NCBI GenBank assembly: GCA_041394485.1
Contig: JAWKIE010000024.1
Coordinates: 1,305 to 65,304 of the forward strand
Direction of reading: 5' to 3'
Length of the DNA stretch: 64,000 bases
Origin: Microthrixaceae bacterium
GTDB taxonomy: Bacteria > Actinomycetota > Acidimicrobiia > Acidimicrobiales > Microtrichaceae
This document shows, piece by piece, positions 63,733 to 64,000 of this stretch. Below the pieces are notes generated by a model. That model was not told the DNA's origin. It did no database searches and saw only the letters and a list, made by a program, of their open reading frames with translations. The translations under genes and the position numbers were made by a program. How positions within the stretch are numbered: the first letter of the stretch is position 1; each line of letters opens with the position of its first letter.

Positions 63733-64000
63733 ATGGCGATAACGTCACCTGCCGTGAGCCGATTTTCAAGCAACCGAGGTCCGCGCCGCCCCTCCACCAG
63801 CCCGCTGGTCAGCCTGTTGGGGATCGCCGTCCTCGTCGGCCTGACGGTGGGCTGTGGCACCAAGCTGGGCGAGGTCTCCAGCGCCACCACCGCCGCCCCC
63901 GACACGACGGCCGGCACCGCCACCACGTCGGCGGGCCCGGTCAGCACCGAGGTTGGTCAACCCACCACCTCCGATGCGGGCGGCCTGAGCGGCTCCAACA
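63733..64000 (+). CDS. Probable lipoprotein (partial, runs off the window)
   Basis: [14 protein letters not shown] lipobox followed by a Thr/Ala linker. Confidence 0.55.
   Translation, partial: MAITSPAVSRFSSNRGPRRPSTSPLVSLLGIAVLVGLTVGCGTKLGEVSSATTAAPDTTAGTATTSAGPVSTEVGQPTTSDAGGLSGSN

Overview
High-GC actinobacterial chromosome segment (gene content resembles Acidimicrobiia), with several 1-bp indels that look like sequencing or assembly errors (clpX, clpP, the Thr/Gly-repeat gene, the M8-like protease). Housekeeping backbone: clpX-clpP-tig, argJ, an RlmD-like methyltransferase, rpe, a second clpP, rdgB-rph, an aspartate aminotransferase-like gene, serC, metY, ilvC and six tRNAs (Pro, Gly, Arg, His, Lys, Leu). 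Two accessory loci stand out. (1) At 31.3-33.8 kb, a 60-aa ORF with a leader-like N-terminus and a Gly/Asp-repeat C-terminus (GDGDGDA) precedes a JmjC/cupin 2-oxoglutarate-Fe(II) oxygenase and a sucrase/ferredoxin-like Fe-S protein. This is a candidate uncharacterised RiPP-like system, possibly making an Asp-hydroxylated metal-binding peptide. (2) At 8.2-11.7 kb, an SdpA/SdpB-like pair (DUF5819 + HTTM) precedes a sortase-anchored, collagen-like (Gly-Thr-Thr)n protein punctuated by a repeated SVADT motif, next to a 3162-aa adhesin. Other items: a phage-like amidase right behind tRNA-Leu, an Rrf2-like operator before metY, and REP-like repeats. All family assignments come from motif recognition; no database search was run.
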